From assembly GCA_963665235.2 (NCBI GenBank), contig CAXXLX010000001.1, positions 928,001 through 992,000 on the forward strand: a stretch of DNA of 64,000 nt. Reading direction: 5' to 3'. Every line of letters begins with the position of its first letter. Positions within the stretch are counted from its first letter, which is position 1. Below, piece after piece: positions 1 through 8,873 of the stretch. The notes under the pieces were generated by a model. That model was not told the origin of the DNA, made no database searches, and was given only the letters and a program-made list of their open reading frames with translations. Made by a program: the position numbers and the translations under genes. Origin of the DNA: Candidatus Poribacteria bacterium. GTDB taxonomy: Bacteria; Poribacteria; WGA-4E; WGA-3G.

Positions 1-613
1 ATTATCTGGCTTAAGGCGAATTTGTTCATCATAGTTAGTGACAGCTCTTTCATAATCTTTACGAGCATCCTCTTTCTGTCCAAGTTTCTCTTTGGCAAAA
101 CCACGGTTATTATAGTATCTAGTGGGATCTAACCGTATTGCTTCATCATAATCTTCAATCGCAGCCTCATGTTGACCTAACAATTGTTTCGCGTAACCGC
201 GATTATTGTAAGCAAGGGCATAATCAGGATTGATGCGTATTGCCTCATCATAATCTTCAATCGCAGCCTCGTATTGACCCAATTTGTGTTTTGCAATGCC
301 TCGGTTGGTATAGGCTTCGGCAAAGTCAGAGTTCAGGCGGATGACTTCGTCATAGTCGAGGAGGGCGGCTTCGTGGTGGTAAATTTCGTTTTTTGCACCG
401 CCGCGGTTGTAATATGCATCTGCATAATCAGGTTTGAGGCGTATCGCCTCGTCATAATCGGCGATGGCAGACTCGTACTGCTTCAATTCACCCTTGGCAA
501 TCCCGCGGTTATAGTAGGCATCCGTATATTCCGGATCCAATCGTATCACCTCGTCGTAGTCGGCGATGGCGAATTCGTGTTGCTTCAGTTCGTTCCTCGC
601 CCAACCACGATTG
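1..613 (-). CDS. TPR-repeat protein, runs off the left edge; 5' end interrupted by a MITE
   Basis: Manual minus-strand translation gives YNRGWARNELKQHEFAIADYDEVIRLDPEYTDAYYNRG...AYTNRGIAKHKLGQYEAA, classic TPR repeats. Not in the ORF track because it is open at the window edge. Confidence 0.85.
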
Positions 614-895
614 TAATACCATTTTTATTAATTATTCTATCATTACCGGTTGTTAGAAATGAAACGGAGAACGGAAGACACAAACTGGAAGTTTATGCTA
701 CAATAAAGAGCACAAACTGGAAGTTTATGCTACAATAAAGAGCACAAACTGGAAGTTTATGCTACAATAAAGAGCACAAACTGGAAGTTTATGCTACAAT
801 AAAGAGCACAAACTGGAAGTTTATGCTACAATAAAGAGCACAAACTGGAAGTTTATGCTACAATAAAGAGACATTTTCAATTAGAAATGGTATTA
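614..895. mobile_element. MITE (TAATACCATTT...AAATGGTATTA termini) containing 6 x 32-bp REP-like tandem repeats
   Basis: Terminal inverted repeats at 614-624 and 885-895; a homologous inverted copy lies at 34443-34781. Confidence 0.8.
679..870. repeat. Tandem repeat, 6 x 32 bp CACAAACTGGAAGTTTATGCTACAATAAAGAG
   Basis: Perfect copies start at 679, 711, 743, 775, 807 and 839. The reverse complement reads GTAG overlapping the hairpin GCATAAACT-TCC-AGTTTGTGC (REP-like). Confidence 0.95.
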
Positions 896-1056
896 CATAA
901 AATATTCAGGCCAAGAAAAAACAGCTATGTTCGCGATAAATCCATCCGTATATCAGGAAAAACTGCCAATATTATGACATATCTAAAACCTATATGTCAA
1001 GATCTTGCTGTAGCTGGTTCAAAATCGCGCTAAGCGGAACGTTATATCTCTACTAG

Positions 1057-2328
1057 CTAACGCGCATCAACGGCATGCCGACTAAACTGTGTCAAATAAT
1101 TACCAATTTTATCTTGAATGCCCCGCGCTTGTGCTGATGAACCGATGTAGTGGCTAATCAAAATGCCGAACGCGAACACCTCACCATCTGCTGTAACAGT
1201 GTAACCAGCGAGTGAGGAGACACCACTCAACGTCCCAGTTTTCGCGCGTAACACCTTTTCCGCGTACATTCCCAGCATCCGATTTTTCAAGGTACCATCA
1301 ACCCCCGCAATTGGGAGCGATGCCAAATACTCCGGTCTCAACGCAAAGTTGTGATAGATATAGACAAGCAACTTTGTGAGCAGGTCAACGTTGAGAAGGT
1401 TATACCGGGAGACCCCAGAGCCGTCAAGGCATCGATGCATCGGGGGGGTATCCATAATTTCACCTAAAAATGCAGTGATAGCTGTTCTCCCCTTTTTCCA
1501 CGTTCCCGGTTCACCGATGACTTCTGCACCGATTGTCTTGAAAAGCAGTTCAGCGATGTAATTGTCACTCGGTTTGTTCATCAATTTAAGAATGTCGGCG
1601 AGGGGCGGCGATAGATGTGTGGCAACACGCTGCGCCGCTGATGGCACTGTGCCGAGGACGACCTCACCTGTCACGTCAACCCCTTTTTGTGTGAGCGTCC
1701 TTTTCAGGAGATGTCCACACGCGAGGGCTCTGCTGCCTGTACTATCATCAGGTTCAATGCTTCGGATGCTCAAGGCACTGAAGTGAAGCGGCCTATCGTC
1801 CCACATCCAGCCCGGCCCCTCTCGAACAGTGTCAAGGTATGTCTCATCAACGACAATGTTGCCCTGGACTGATTTTATGCCGGTGTGAAGCAGTGCATCC
1901 CCCAATTTCACGACATCGTCCGGTTGAAGCACCGGATCGGCGCGGCCTTTGAGATAGACGTTTTCTGCTACCTCCGCGTTCGCTGTAGTATCAACATAAA
2001 CCGTTGTTTCAAACCGATAATCTGAGCCTAGTTTTGCTAAGGCGGTTGCTGCGGTGAGCAGTTTCATCGTAGAGGCGGGATGGTGTAGCTTGTGGATATT
2101 TTTTCCGTAAACCACCTCGCCTGTTTCAACGGAAACAACCTTTATCCCGATGCTTGCTGTTGTGAACAACGCGTCCTGCAAAACCGCGTCAATATCGGCG
2201 TGTAGTTTTTCGAGCGGGTTTGCTATAGCGGTTGGCGGTTGGGTTTCAACCGGTTTCGTCGCGAATATGCCACAACTTGAGAGCAGCAGGACACCACAGA
2301 ATAAAAAGATAGAGAAAGTTTTTATCAT
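1057..2328 (-). CDS. dacB: D-alanyl-D-alanine carboxypeptidase/endopeptidase (PBP4, peptidase S13), lipoprotein
   Basis: PASTMK (SxxK), SDN (SxN) and KTGTL motifs; DGSG motif; lipobox LSSC. Confidence 0.92.
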   Translation of the reverse strand: MIKTFSIFLFCGVLLLSSCGIFATKPVETQPPTAIANPLEKLHADIDAVLQDALFTTASIGIKVVSVETGEVVYGKNIHKLHHPASTMKLLTAATALAKLGSDYRFETTVYVDTTANAEVAENVYLKGRADPVLQPDDVVKLGDALLHTGIKSVQGNIVVDETYLDTVREGPGWMWDDRPLHFSALSIRSIEPDDSTGSRALACGHLLKRTLTQKGVDVTGEVVLGTVPSAAQRVATHLSPPLADILKLMNKPSDNYIAELLFKTIGAEVIGEPGTWKKGRTAITAFLGEIMDTPPMHRCLDGSGVSRYNLLNVDLLTKLLVYIYHNFALRPEYLASLPIAGVDGTLKNRMLGMYAEKVLRAKTGTLSGVSSLAGYTVTADGEVFAFGILISHYIGSSAQARGIQDKIGNYLTQFSRHAVDAR

Positions 2329-2396
2329 TATTTTGCTCTGAAACGCTGAGGAACAAAAAGTACTATTGCTACAAAAAATACAAACGTTTTCCTGTT

Positions 2397-3158
2397 CTAC
2401 CTACTCGGTAAACCTAAAAATTCGTACGGGTCAATGCCCGCTTCCGCCATATCCACTACCTTAACCTCAGGGGGGATGTCCTTTTCCAAAACTTTACCCT
2501 TTTGTAGTTCAATGTTCCAGAGAATTTTTCCCATGTGAGGATCACCAGTCCTATCGGCGACAGATTTTTCCACCGTACCATCTGGTAGGACGGTCCGCTT
2601 CCATTTGACATAGACCACCCCGGGAAGAGTGGGGTAAATCAGTCCATCGTCCCTCATATTCCCGCCAAGTGCTCGTATTCCCTGTTTCCAAAGTTTGATA
2701 TGGACGCGTATCAGTAGTTCCCCTTCTGCGGTAAGTTCTGAGTGCCAAGCAGTGGCGGGGTAATCCGGATAATCCGGTGGTAACTCTGGATAGGGCCCAA
2801 ACCCATGCGGAGAAACAGGAACCTCCTCGGCGTTGGTTTCTGTTTGCTGTGTCGCCGCAGTAACGGGGCCGGTTTGTTCACCGGTGCGTCCGTCCGTCTC
2901 CGGAACTGCATCGGTTGTGTTGTTTATAGGTTTTTCTGCGGTTGGCGTTGGGCTTTCCATAGGTGCATCGGATATCGCTTGCGTCGTCTCTGCTTTCTGG
3001 GCGCGTTCCGCTTGACGTGGCATTTCCGCATTTTCCGCTGCTTGTTGCTTGTAGGGTGCCAGCTCATGCTGATACCAGAAATAGCAAGCAATACCGAAAA
3101 CAATCAGGAAACAAAAACCGCCTATAACCCACCTGTTTGTGAAATACTCACGTAACAT
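2397..3158 (-). CDS. Membrane-anchored protein A1 (MLREYFTNRW family, C-terminal class I)
   Basis: N-terminal TM helix; GGAGG RBS; C-terminal domain homologous to 4433-5191 (SPxGFGPYPELP...GIDPYxFLxLP). Confidence 0.85.
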   Translation of the reverse strand: MLREYFTNRWVIGGFCFLIVFGIACYFWYQHELAPYKQQAAENAEMPRQAERAQKAETTQAISDAPMESPTPTAEKPINNTTDAVPETDGRTGEQTGPVTAATQQTETNAEEVPVSPHGFGPYPELPPDYPDYPATAWHSELTAEGELLIRVHIKLWKQGIRALGGNMRDDGLIYPTLPGVVYVKWKRTVLPDGTVEKSVADRTGDPHMGKILWNIELQKGKVLEKDIPPEVKVVDMAEAGIDPYEFLGLPSR

Positions 3159-3178
3159 GTTTGTGCCTCCTTTACGTC

Positions 3179-3208
3179 TAAGACGTTAATTTTGTACCAA
3201 AAGCCCAA
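3179..3208 (-). promoter_or_regulatory. Putative ECF sigma promoter upstream of A1
   Basis: TTGGGCTTTTGGTACAAAATTAACGTCTTA; one of four conserved copies, with a CGTC -10-like element. Confidence 0.65.
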
Positions 3209-3689
3209 TAAAAAAATGATTTTTTTGGAAAAAAGGTGCTAATTACAGGAAATGCAGAAGTCTGAAGCAGTTGTTATTGATTCATGATACCAAAAAATGT
3301 AAGAATAAATCAACCCAAAAGCGGCACCGGGGGACCATGATAGACATAGGACGACATAATGTGGCAGTGTGCGTTCTATATCTGGCATCCCCTCTCGGAA
3401 GGTGTTTCTACGGGATGAGGTGAATTGTCAACGGCAGCAGAAGGCTTTTGAAGGAAAAGGCATGGCGGGGACGGCGGGTGTGGGCGAAAAGAAACAGGCA
3501 GGTAACGCGATGGAGAAAGAGGCATCTGTGATAAGGGACACAGATGCCCCTGGTATCACTGCAATTGAAGCATCAGTAGGCTATATGACTACATAAACGC
3601 ACATTATGAAATCTTTGATTTTTCATATTGCGCGTCTTTGGTGGTCTGAGACGACAGACAGCATCGTCATCATCGTCACCTTTGTTACT

Positions 3690-4421
3690 CTAATCCGCAT
3701 CTCCCTCATGCGCTTTATTATGTTCTGTGGGGTCGGGGAAATTCCACGCATTTGCATAAGCCTTGTTGGACAGAGCAGGACGGTACTTGTCTACTAAAAC
3801 CCATTTGGGATAAGGATCGTAATAAGACGGATCCCAAGGTTTGGGTGCAATATCAGGATTAATAGGGTCGACCTTTATCCACTCCTGCCAATTTTTTTCA
3901 GGACTGGCTCCGTTGATATCGCCCCATGCAGTGCATTGGGATAAATCCGTGTCTGCTTGTATATCTGCCCAACTTCCGTATCGGGCTTTGTCAGCAGCTG
4001 CCCATTCTTCATCGTTCTCAGCTAGACTTATGCTATCCTCTGCTTTTACCTTTCTCTTTACGTATCCAGCCCACGTTTCACGTGGTTCGTGATCTTCATC
4101 ATTAGGCACCCAGGCGTAGCACTCGTACTCGCCTTCGTAATCATCGATGTCCCGCGCATCTCCTAATACTTTGGCATACGCCTCATATTCTATACCGTAG
4201 CCGTTAAAGAATGCATCGATGGCGTTTCGTATGCCACGTTCTCCGGGATACTCTATATTCACGTCAATGTAGGCTTCGGCGGATAAGACACCATCGGCAT
4301 CGATTGAGGTGCATTTTCCCTAATGCTGTTTCACGTTTCTCTTTTGTTGATCCGCCAAAAGCACAGTGGCAGAGCTCCCTATCATCACAAAAATGAGTGT
4401 GTAAATTATAAAACGTTTCAT
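3690..4421 (-). pseudogene. Secreted partner B2 with an in-frame TAG at codon 34 (and a possible second read-through TAG at 3690-3692)
   Basis: GGAGG RBS plus ATG at 4421 gives signal peptide MKRFIIYTLIFVMIGSSATVLLA. TAG at 4320-4322 is followed in the same frame by GKCTSIDADGV..., running into the 190-aa ORF. Confidence 0.75.
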
Positions 4422-4432
4422 AATCATCCTCC

Positions 4433-5191
4433 CTATTTGGGTAAATCAAGGAAGGTATAGGGGTCTATACCACCCTCTTCATAAGGTATCAGTTTGATAC
4501 CGGGAAAGTCAGACGCTGTGACACTTTCACGCCGTCGTTTCTTTTCTTGTTCGATTGTTTCCATATCATCATCGGGATGTCCGAGCACATCGCGTAGATA
4601 ACGTCTGCCTCTGGATGTCTCGCCCCATCTTACATAGCAGACCCCTTTGATGATAGGGTATACCAAGCCATTGCTCATAACAGTTCCTTCTACCGGAACC
4701 CCTTGTTTCAGAAGTTTTATCCTAACACGTATCATCAACTCGGATTCAGCACTCTTGCGTGGCCATGTAATAGGTCCAAATCCTTCGGGTAATTCGGGAT
4801 AGGGTCCGAAACCGTAAGGGGAGATGAGCGCATTTTTAGGAACTGGTATAGGTGGTGGTTTCGGCCCGATATAGATGTCGTCTGTTAGGAAAAACCCTTT
4901 GTCTTCTGTCTCGTTCCTGTTTGTTTCCTCTTGTGAGCCTATATCGGGGTTTCTGTTTTTCTCTGTAGTTGACGTTGTGCTTTCCATAGGTGCATCAGCG
5001 GTCGGTTTCGCATCGCGGTCTGTATCGGATTTTTGGAGGTCCGCTTGGCGTAGCATTTCCGCGGTTTCTGCTTTTGATTGTTCGTAGGGTGCCAGTTCAT
5101 GCTGATACCAGAAATAGCAAGCAATACCGAAAACAGTAAGGAAACAAAAACCACCTATAACCCACCTATTTGTGAAATACTCACGTAACAT
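4433..5191 (-). CDS. Membrane-anchored protein A2 (MLREYFTNRW family, class I)
   Basis: Same N-terminal anchor; class I C-terminal domain shared with A1. Confidence 0.85.
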   Translation of the reverse strand: MLREYFTNRWVIGGFCFLTVFGIACYFWYQHELAPYEQSKAETAEMLRQADLQKSDTDRDAKPTADAPMESTTSTTEKNRNPDIGSQEETNRNETEDKGFFLTDDIYIGPKPPPIPVPKNALISPYGFGPYPELPEGFGPITWPRKSAESELMIRVRIKLLKQGVPVEGTVMSNGLVYPIIKGVCYVRWGETSRGRRYLRDVLGHPDDDMETIEQEKKRRRESVTASDFPGIKLIPYEEGGIDPYTFLDLPK

Positions 5192-5211
5192 TTTGGTTCC
5201 TCCTCTACGCC

Positions 5212-5241
5212 TAAGACGTTAATTTTGTGCCAAAGACCCCA
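5212..5241 (-). promoter_or_regulatory. Putative ECF sigma promoter upstream of A2-B2
   Basis: TGGGGTCTTTGGCACAAAATTAACGTCTTA, identical to the copy upstream of the sigma gene. Confidence 0.7.
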
Positions 5242-5537
5242 TAAAAGATGATTTTTTTTGGAAAAAAGGTGCTAATTACAGGAAATGCAGAAGTCTGAAG
5301 CAGTTGTTATTGGTTCATGATACCAAAAAATGTAAAAATAAATCAACCCAAAAGTGGCACCGTGGTATACATAGGATAGCATTCGGAGAGTGCCCATTAC
5401 CTTTTTAATGTGGCAGCGTGCGTTTTGTCTCTATATCTGGCATCCCTTCGCGGAGCGCGTTGCCACGGGATGAGGCGCATTGTTAATGGCAGCTGAAGAC
5501 TTTTGAAGGAAAAGGCGCGGCGAGTGCAAGTAAAAAG

Positions 5538-5588
5538 AAAAGCAGGTCCCTCCGCTAGCAGGGGAGAGTAAGGGAGGGACTTGCTTTT
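5538..5588 (-). terminator. Rho-independent terminator after B3
   Basis: Stem AAAAGCAGGTCCCTCC...GGAGGGACTTGCTTTT with a U-tract on the minus strand, just downstream of the B3 stop. Confidence 0.6.
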
Positions 5589-5606
5589 GAAATCAATGAT
5601 GGGTTC

Positions 5607-6557
5607 CTAAAAATTAAAATACCACCACTCAGGATGTCCACAAGGACTATTATAACAAATCCATGAAAAACCAGAGGCAATGCAACCGTTTCCATAACAA
5701 ACGTAGGAATGATAATGTGTGCCTGGCACCTCATAACCGTGTCCAGCATCGGCATCGGCAGGACAGAGCGGTACCCGGCTGGTTCCATAAAGACCTATAT
5801 TTGGAACAGCACACTTGGTCCCTGTTGGAAACTCGTCCTCTGAGCGGATCTCAATTGTGAACGATTCAGTTGGTTCTTGGACCACACCGGGAAATCCCTG
5901 GGGTGCAGTGACACTCCCTGCCGCATAATTTAATGAAAAACTAAAACCTGCTCCACCTGCTCCACCGCCTGCACCACCGCCATGTTCCGACACTGCTGCA
6001 CCATACGCCGTTACACTATAGGTAATTGTTTGTGGCTCATCCACTATATAATAACTTGACGCACTACAAGACACAGAACCCGTAGCGTCTCCGCCGTTTT
6101 TTTGATAAATGGTCTTATCGTTCACATCACCAAGATGGTGTGTCCATCCAGCAGTGCTCTCGACTTTTCCCATACATGCAACATGCCCCTTGAAAGAATC
6201 TGCGCGGGTTGCATCAAGACGGCCGGTAGCATAAAAATCCACTTTGACTTTCTTTTTAAAAAACTCCTTGTCTTTATCAGGCAGGAAGTCTTTTGGTTCA
6301 TCAAACGACTCATACTGACCTGTGTCGATATTCTTAAGATACTGATAACCAATATTGTGCCATCGATGAACGGTACCGACAGTTGAATAATTAGAGCCCT
6401 CATCGCGTGTGCCGAACGTATAATAATACCCCGGGGTAACGTCCGTACTGTCACTTATTACGGGCCCAGGGCCGACATCTTGTGATTGTACGTTGTCAAT
6501 AACTATAAATCCTATCATAAAAATGGACAGGGTGAATATCAAAAACTTAAATTTCAT
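5607..6557 (-). CDS. Secreted partner B3 (signal peptide, Gly-rich GGGAG-FSFS segment, Cys-rich tail)
   Basis: Signal peptide MKFKFLIFTLSIFMIGFIV; paralogous to B4 (VGxVxRWxxIGYQxLxNxxTG; WxCYNSPCG). Confidence 0.85.
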   Translation of the reverse strand: MKFKFLIFTLSIFMIGFIVIDNVQSQDVGPGPVISDSTDVTPGYYYTFGTRDEGSNYSTVGTVHRWHNIGYQYLKNIDTGQYESFDEPKDFLPDKDKEFFKKKVKVDFYATGRLDATRADSFKGHVACMGKVESTAGWTHHLGDVNDKTIYQKNGGDATGSVSCSASSYYIVDEPQTITYSVTAYGAAVSEHGGGAGGGAGGAGFSFSLNYAAGSVTAPQGFPGVVQEPTESFTIEIRSEDEFPTGTKCAVPNIGLYGTSRVPLCPADADAGHGYEVPGTHYHSYVCYGNGCIASGFSWICYNSPCGHPEWWYFNF

Positions 6558-6587
6558 CAAAATCTTCGGATTGGAAACCCCCAGCAT

Positions 6588-7616
6588 TTATGCGGGGGAG
6601 GAAAATCCGCCTTTATAGTTGAAGTTCAAGCGTGTTAGCACTTGAAAATCCGTGCGTTTTGCCCCCGTTGTTAATCGGTGTCCATCTTTTGAATAGACAG
6701 AGAATAGTCCTTTAGCATTAACACCCGCAAGGCGTGTTAATCCGTATTTGTTGTGCTTTATTAATGTGTTTTTAACAAGTCCATCGCCTAATAAGGTGCC
6801 ACCATATCGCGGGCGATTGCCACCTTTCTGCGGATTTTGTCTGTGGAGTTGTCGCCTGCGTATCGGTATCGGTGAGATACAGAATATATCGGTATTGTCG
6901 GGTATCTCTAAACCGCCCACGGTGTGATAGGCCAAGCACCAACTATCAACGCAATGTGCCTCAAAGGTTTCAGCTAACTTCTTTGACGACTTGTTGAGAC
7001 CCAGACGCTCGCGTATCTCTTTGGTTTCAAACCCTTGTATCGTCAGGAGTTCCCATCGCTTTTCTACCTCTGAATAGAACCAATGCTTGCCCACTTCCAA
7101 AGGACTGAAGGCCTGATTCCACTGCTTTTGATACTGTTTTGTCCGCGCCTTAATATCCTCAACACAGACGTGTGTAACAGGATAGAGTTTAGACAACCAA
7201 TCTAATATGCGAAGTTTCCAATCCCATCTTGCACGTGTGCCTGCAGGGATACGCTTCCGGTTCGACAGGTTGTGCTGCTTCTTTTTTCGATTCGGGCATT
7301 TCCGTGTGCGTCTGCTTCTCCGCAACGTCCGACGCTTCTCGATTTTCTTTCCAACCTTGTTGTGAGCGTCTGCTTGCACATTTAGGTAGGTATGTGCCTC
7401 GCTCTTGACGGTAAAGCCTTCCTTCTTACTGCCGGGGTCTACGCCTACGCATATCTGTTGGAAGTATCTATCCGAAGGGTCGGCGTTAAGGCGCACACAA
7501 AAAACGCCATTCTTCCAAAACGGTGTGGCTTTCTTGTCTCGTATCCACTTCCTTGCCCGCGAAGGCTTTGTCGGCATCAGTGGATTTTGGTTTTTGTCAA
7601 CGACAGGAACAAACAT
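6588..7616 (-). CDS. isrB: IsrB RNA-guided nickase (RRXRR/PLMP, split RuvC, no HNH), 342 aa
   Basis: PLMPT motif; RuvC-I VGVDPG; Arg-rich bridge helix RRTLRRSRRTRK; RuvC-II VEDI; RuvC-III HCVDS; no HNH between RuvC-II and RuvC-III. Confidence 0.88.
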   Translation of the reverse strand: MFVPVVDKNQNPLMPTKPSRARKWIRDKKATPFWKNGVFCVRLNADPSDRYFQQICVGVDPGSKKEGFTVKSEAHTYLNVQADAHNKVGKKIEKRRTLRRSRRTRKCPNRKKKQHNLSNRKRIPAGTRARWDWKLRILDWLSKLYPVTHVCVEDIKARTKQYQKQWNQAFSPLEVGKHWFYSEVEKRWELLTIQGFETKEIRERLGLNKSSKKLAETFEAHCVDSWCLAYHTVGGLEIPDNTDIFCISPIPIRRRQLHRQNPQKGGNRPRYGGTLLGDGLVKNTLIKHNKYGLTRLAGVNAKGLFSVYSKDGHRLTTGAKRTDFQVLTRLNFNYKGGFSSPA

Positions 7617-7624
7617 AGTTTGTA

Positions 7625-7821
7625 ATTCTCCGTAGAGTTTGTATTTCCCCATCCAGATCGGTATATCAGCGTTTACATCGGACTTGGGGAGCATCCGAAA
7701 CACCTTTGTGCACCACCACAGATATACCGATATATTACTGTAGTGAAGAACTTAATCTTTGACAGGGAACGTGTGGTTACGCTATGTCAAAGCACCCATG
7801 CTTTAGCAGGGTGATCTTTAC
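7625..7821 (-). ncRNA. omega-RNA scaffold of IsrB (boundaries approximate)
   Basis: Structured 5' region upstream of isrB, with hairpin TCGGATGCTCCCCAAGTCCGA and long stem TCGGTATATC...GATATACCGA, typical of IscB/IsrB omega-RNAs. Confidence 0.7.
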
Positions 7822-7885
7822 TTTATTCCTCCTTTGGCACAGGATGCGCCATTTTTTCTCCTGAAAACAGGATATTCTAGCAGAC

Positions 7886-8833
7886 CTATTCTGGCACTCG
7901 CGCGTTAAATAATCTATTTCTCCATTGACGCGAAATTTTTGCGGCTTCTGATTCCCGCTCTATTGTTATGCCGAGTTCTATTTCAATCTCATCAAGGATT
8001 TCCTCAACGACAACGTCAGTACGTCTGAGTGTCCGTTGGGGTGAGCGTGTCGCTGCGTTCAGTGCTTCGCTCATAAGGTGCCTTTCGTTCTCTCTATCCG
8101 CCTCAGTTACCGGCCTGTCGTAATAGACAGAAGACGTGGCTATTGCGGTAGGTCCGTAAGTCTTTTCACGGAGTTCCATATACCATTCTTGTGCCAGCTC
8201 ACAAACTTCGGGAGGATAAGCAAGCATCTGATGTGGGTGTCCCCCGGCAGCAATGAAACTTGCTACAGATTCTTGATTATCTTTAATAAACCCAAGAGCG
8301 GTGTAACGTTCATATTCCGCGTCCGTGAGTTGGTGAAATTGGTTGTATTGGGGCGGTCCCTGTTTCACCTTAATGATAGGCACATTATTTGGGACAAGTT
8401 CCCACACACCTGTCTCTTTATTAAAATCGTGATGGTATCCCTCCGGGGGTGGAGTTAATCCCCGTTCTGCAAAAAATGCGCGCTTTACTGCATCTCGCGT
8501 TGTCTGAGGAAGTTTAGCATACTCCTCTTTGGACAAATTGTATAACGCTTTCCAATTGACGGGCCAGTCCGCATCTTCTGGCCACTCTATCGTGATATCC
8601 TCCAATTTGAGAGGTGTTTTTTCTGCGGTTGGCGTTGTGCTTTCCAAGGGAGCACCGGCGGTCGGTTCCGCTTGGGTGCGTTCCGCTTGGCGTATCAGTT
8701 CTGCGGTTTCTGCTTCTGATTGTTCGTAGGGAGCCAGCTCATGCTGGTACCAGAAATAGCAAGCAATACCGAAAACAATCAGGAAACAAAAACCACCTAT
8801 AACCCACCTATTTGTGAAATACTCACGTAACAT
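7886..8833 (-). CDS. Membrane-anchored protein A3 (MLREYFTNRW family, class II)
   Basis: True start at 8833 (AAGGAG RBS); class II C-terminal domain shared with A4 (PLKLxDITIEWPExADWPVNWK...ILDEIExELGITIERE). Confidence 0.85.
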   Translation of the reverse strand: MLREYFTNRWVIGGFCFLIVFGIACYFWYQHELAPYEQSEAETAELIRQAERTQAEPTAGAPLESTTPTAEKTPLKLEDITIEWPEDADWPVNWKALYNLSKEEYAKLPQTTRDAVKRAFFAERGLTPPPEGYHHDFNKETGVWELVPNNVPIIKVKQGPPQYNQFHQLTDAEYERYTALGFIKDNQESVASFIAAGGHPHQMLAYPPEVCELAQEWYMELREKTYGPTAIATSSVYYDRPVTEADRENERHLMSEALNAATRSPQRTLRRTDVVVEEILDEIEIELGITIERESEAAKISRQWRNRLFNARVPE

Positions 8834-8873
8834 GTTCGTTTCTCCTTTATGCCCGCGCAGGACATATTTGTCA

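Larger units (their letters stand above)
6558..7821 (-). mobile_element. IS200/IS605-family IsrB element (non-autonomous, no TnpA)
   Basis: Left-end hairpin GTAAAG-atCACCC..GGGTG-CTTTGAC; right-end hairpin TTCCTCCCCCGCATAAATGCTGGGGGTTTCC. Removing the element rebuilds GGAGGAATAAA-ATGAAA. Confidence 0.8.

Noticed and set aside
184-738. 184-aa plus-strand ORF
   Set aside because: Antisense shadow of the TPR gene running into the MITE.
6588-7703. IscB/Cas9 call, or the 371-aa longer start
   Set aside because: No HNH domain, so it is IsrB. The upstream 29 codons overlap the omega-RNA, and the RBS supports the 7616 start.
7831-7841. CTTTGGCACA match to the ECF promoter spacer
   Set aside because: Opposite orientation to B3, lacks the -35 and -10 elements; may be chance.
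7886-8833. A3 as a classical anti-sigma factor
   Set aside because: The cytoplasmic N-terminus is only ~10 aa with no ZAS/ASD motif, and three paralogs are not adjacent to a sigma gene.
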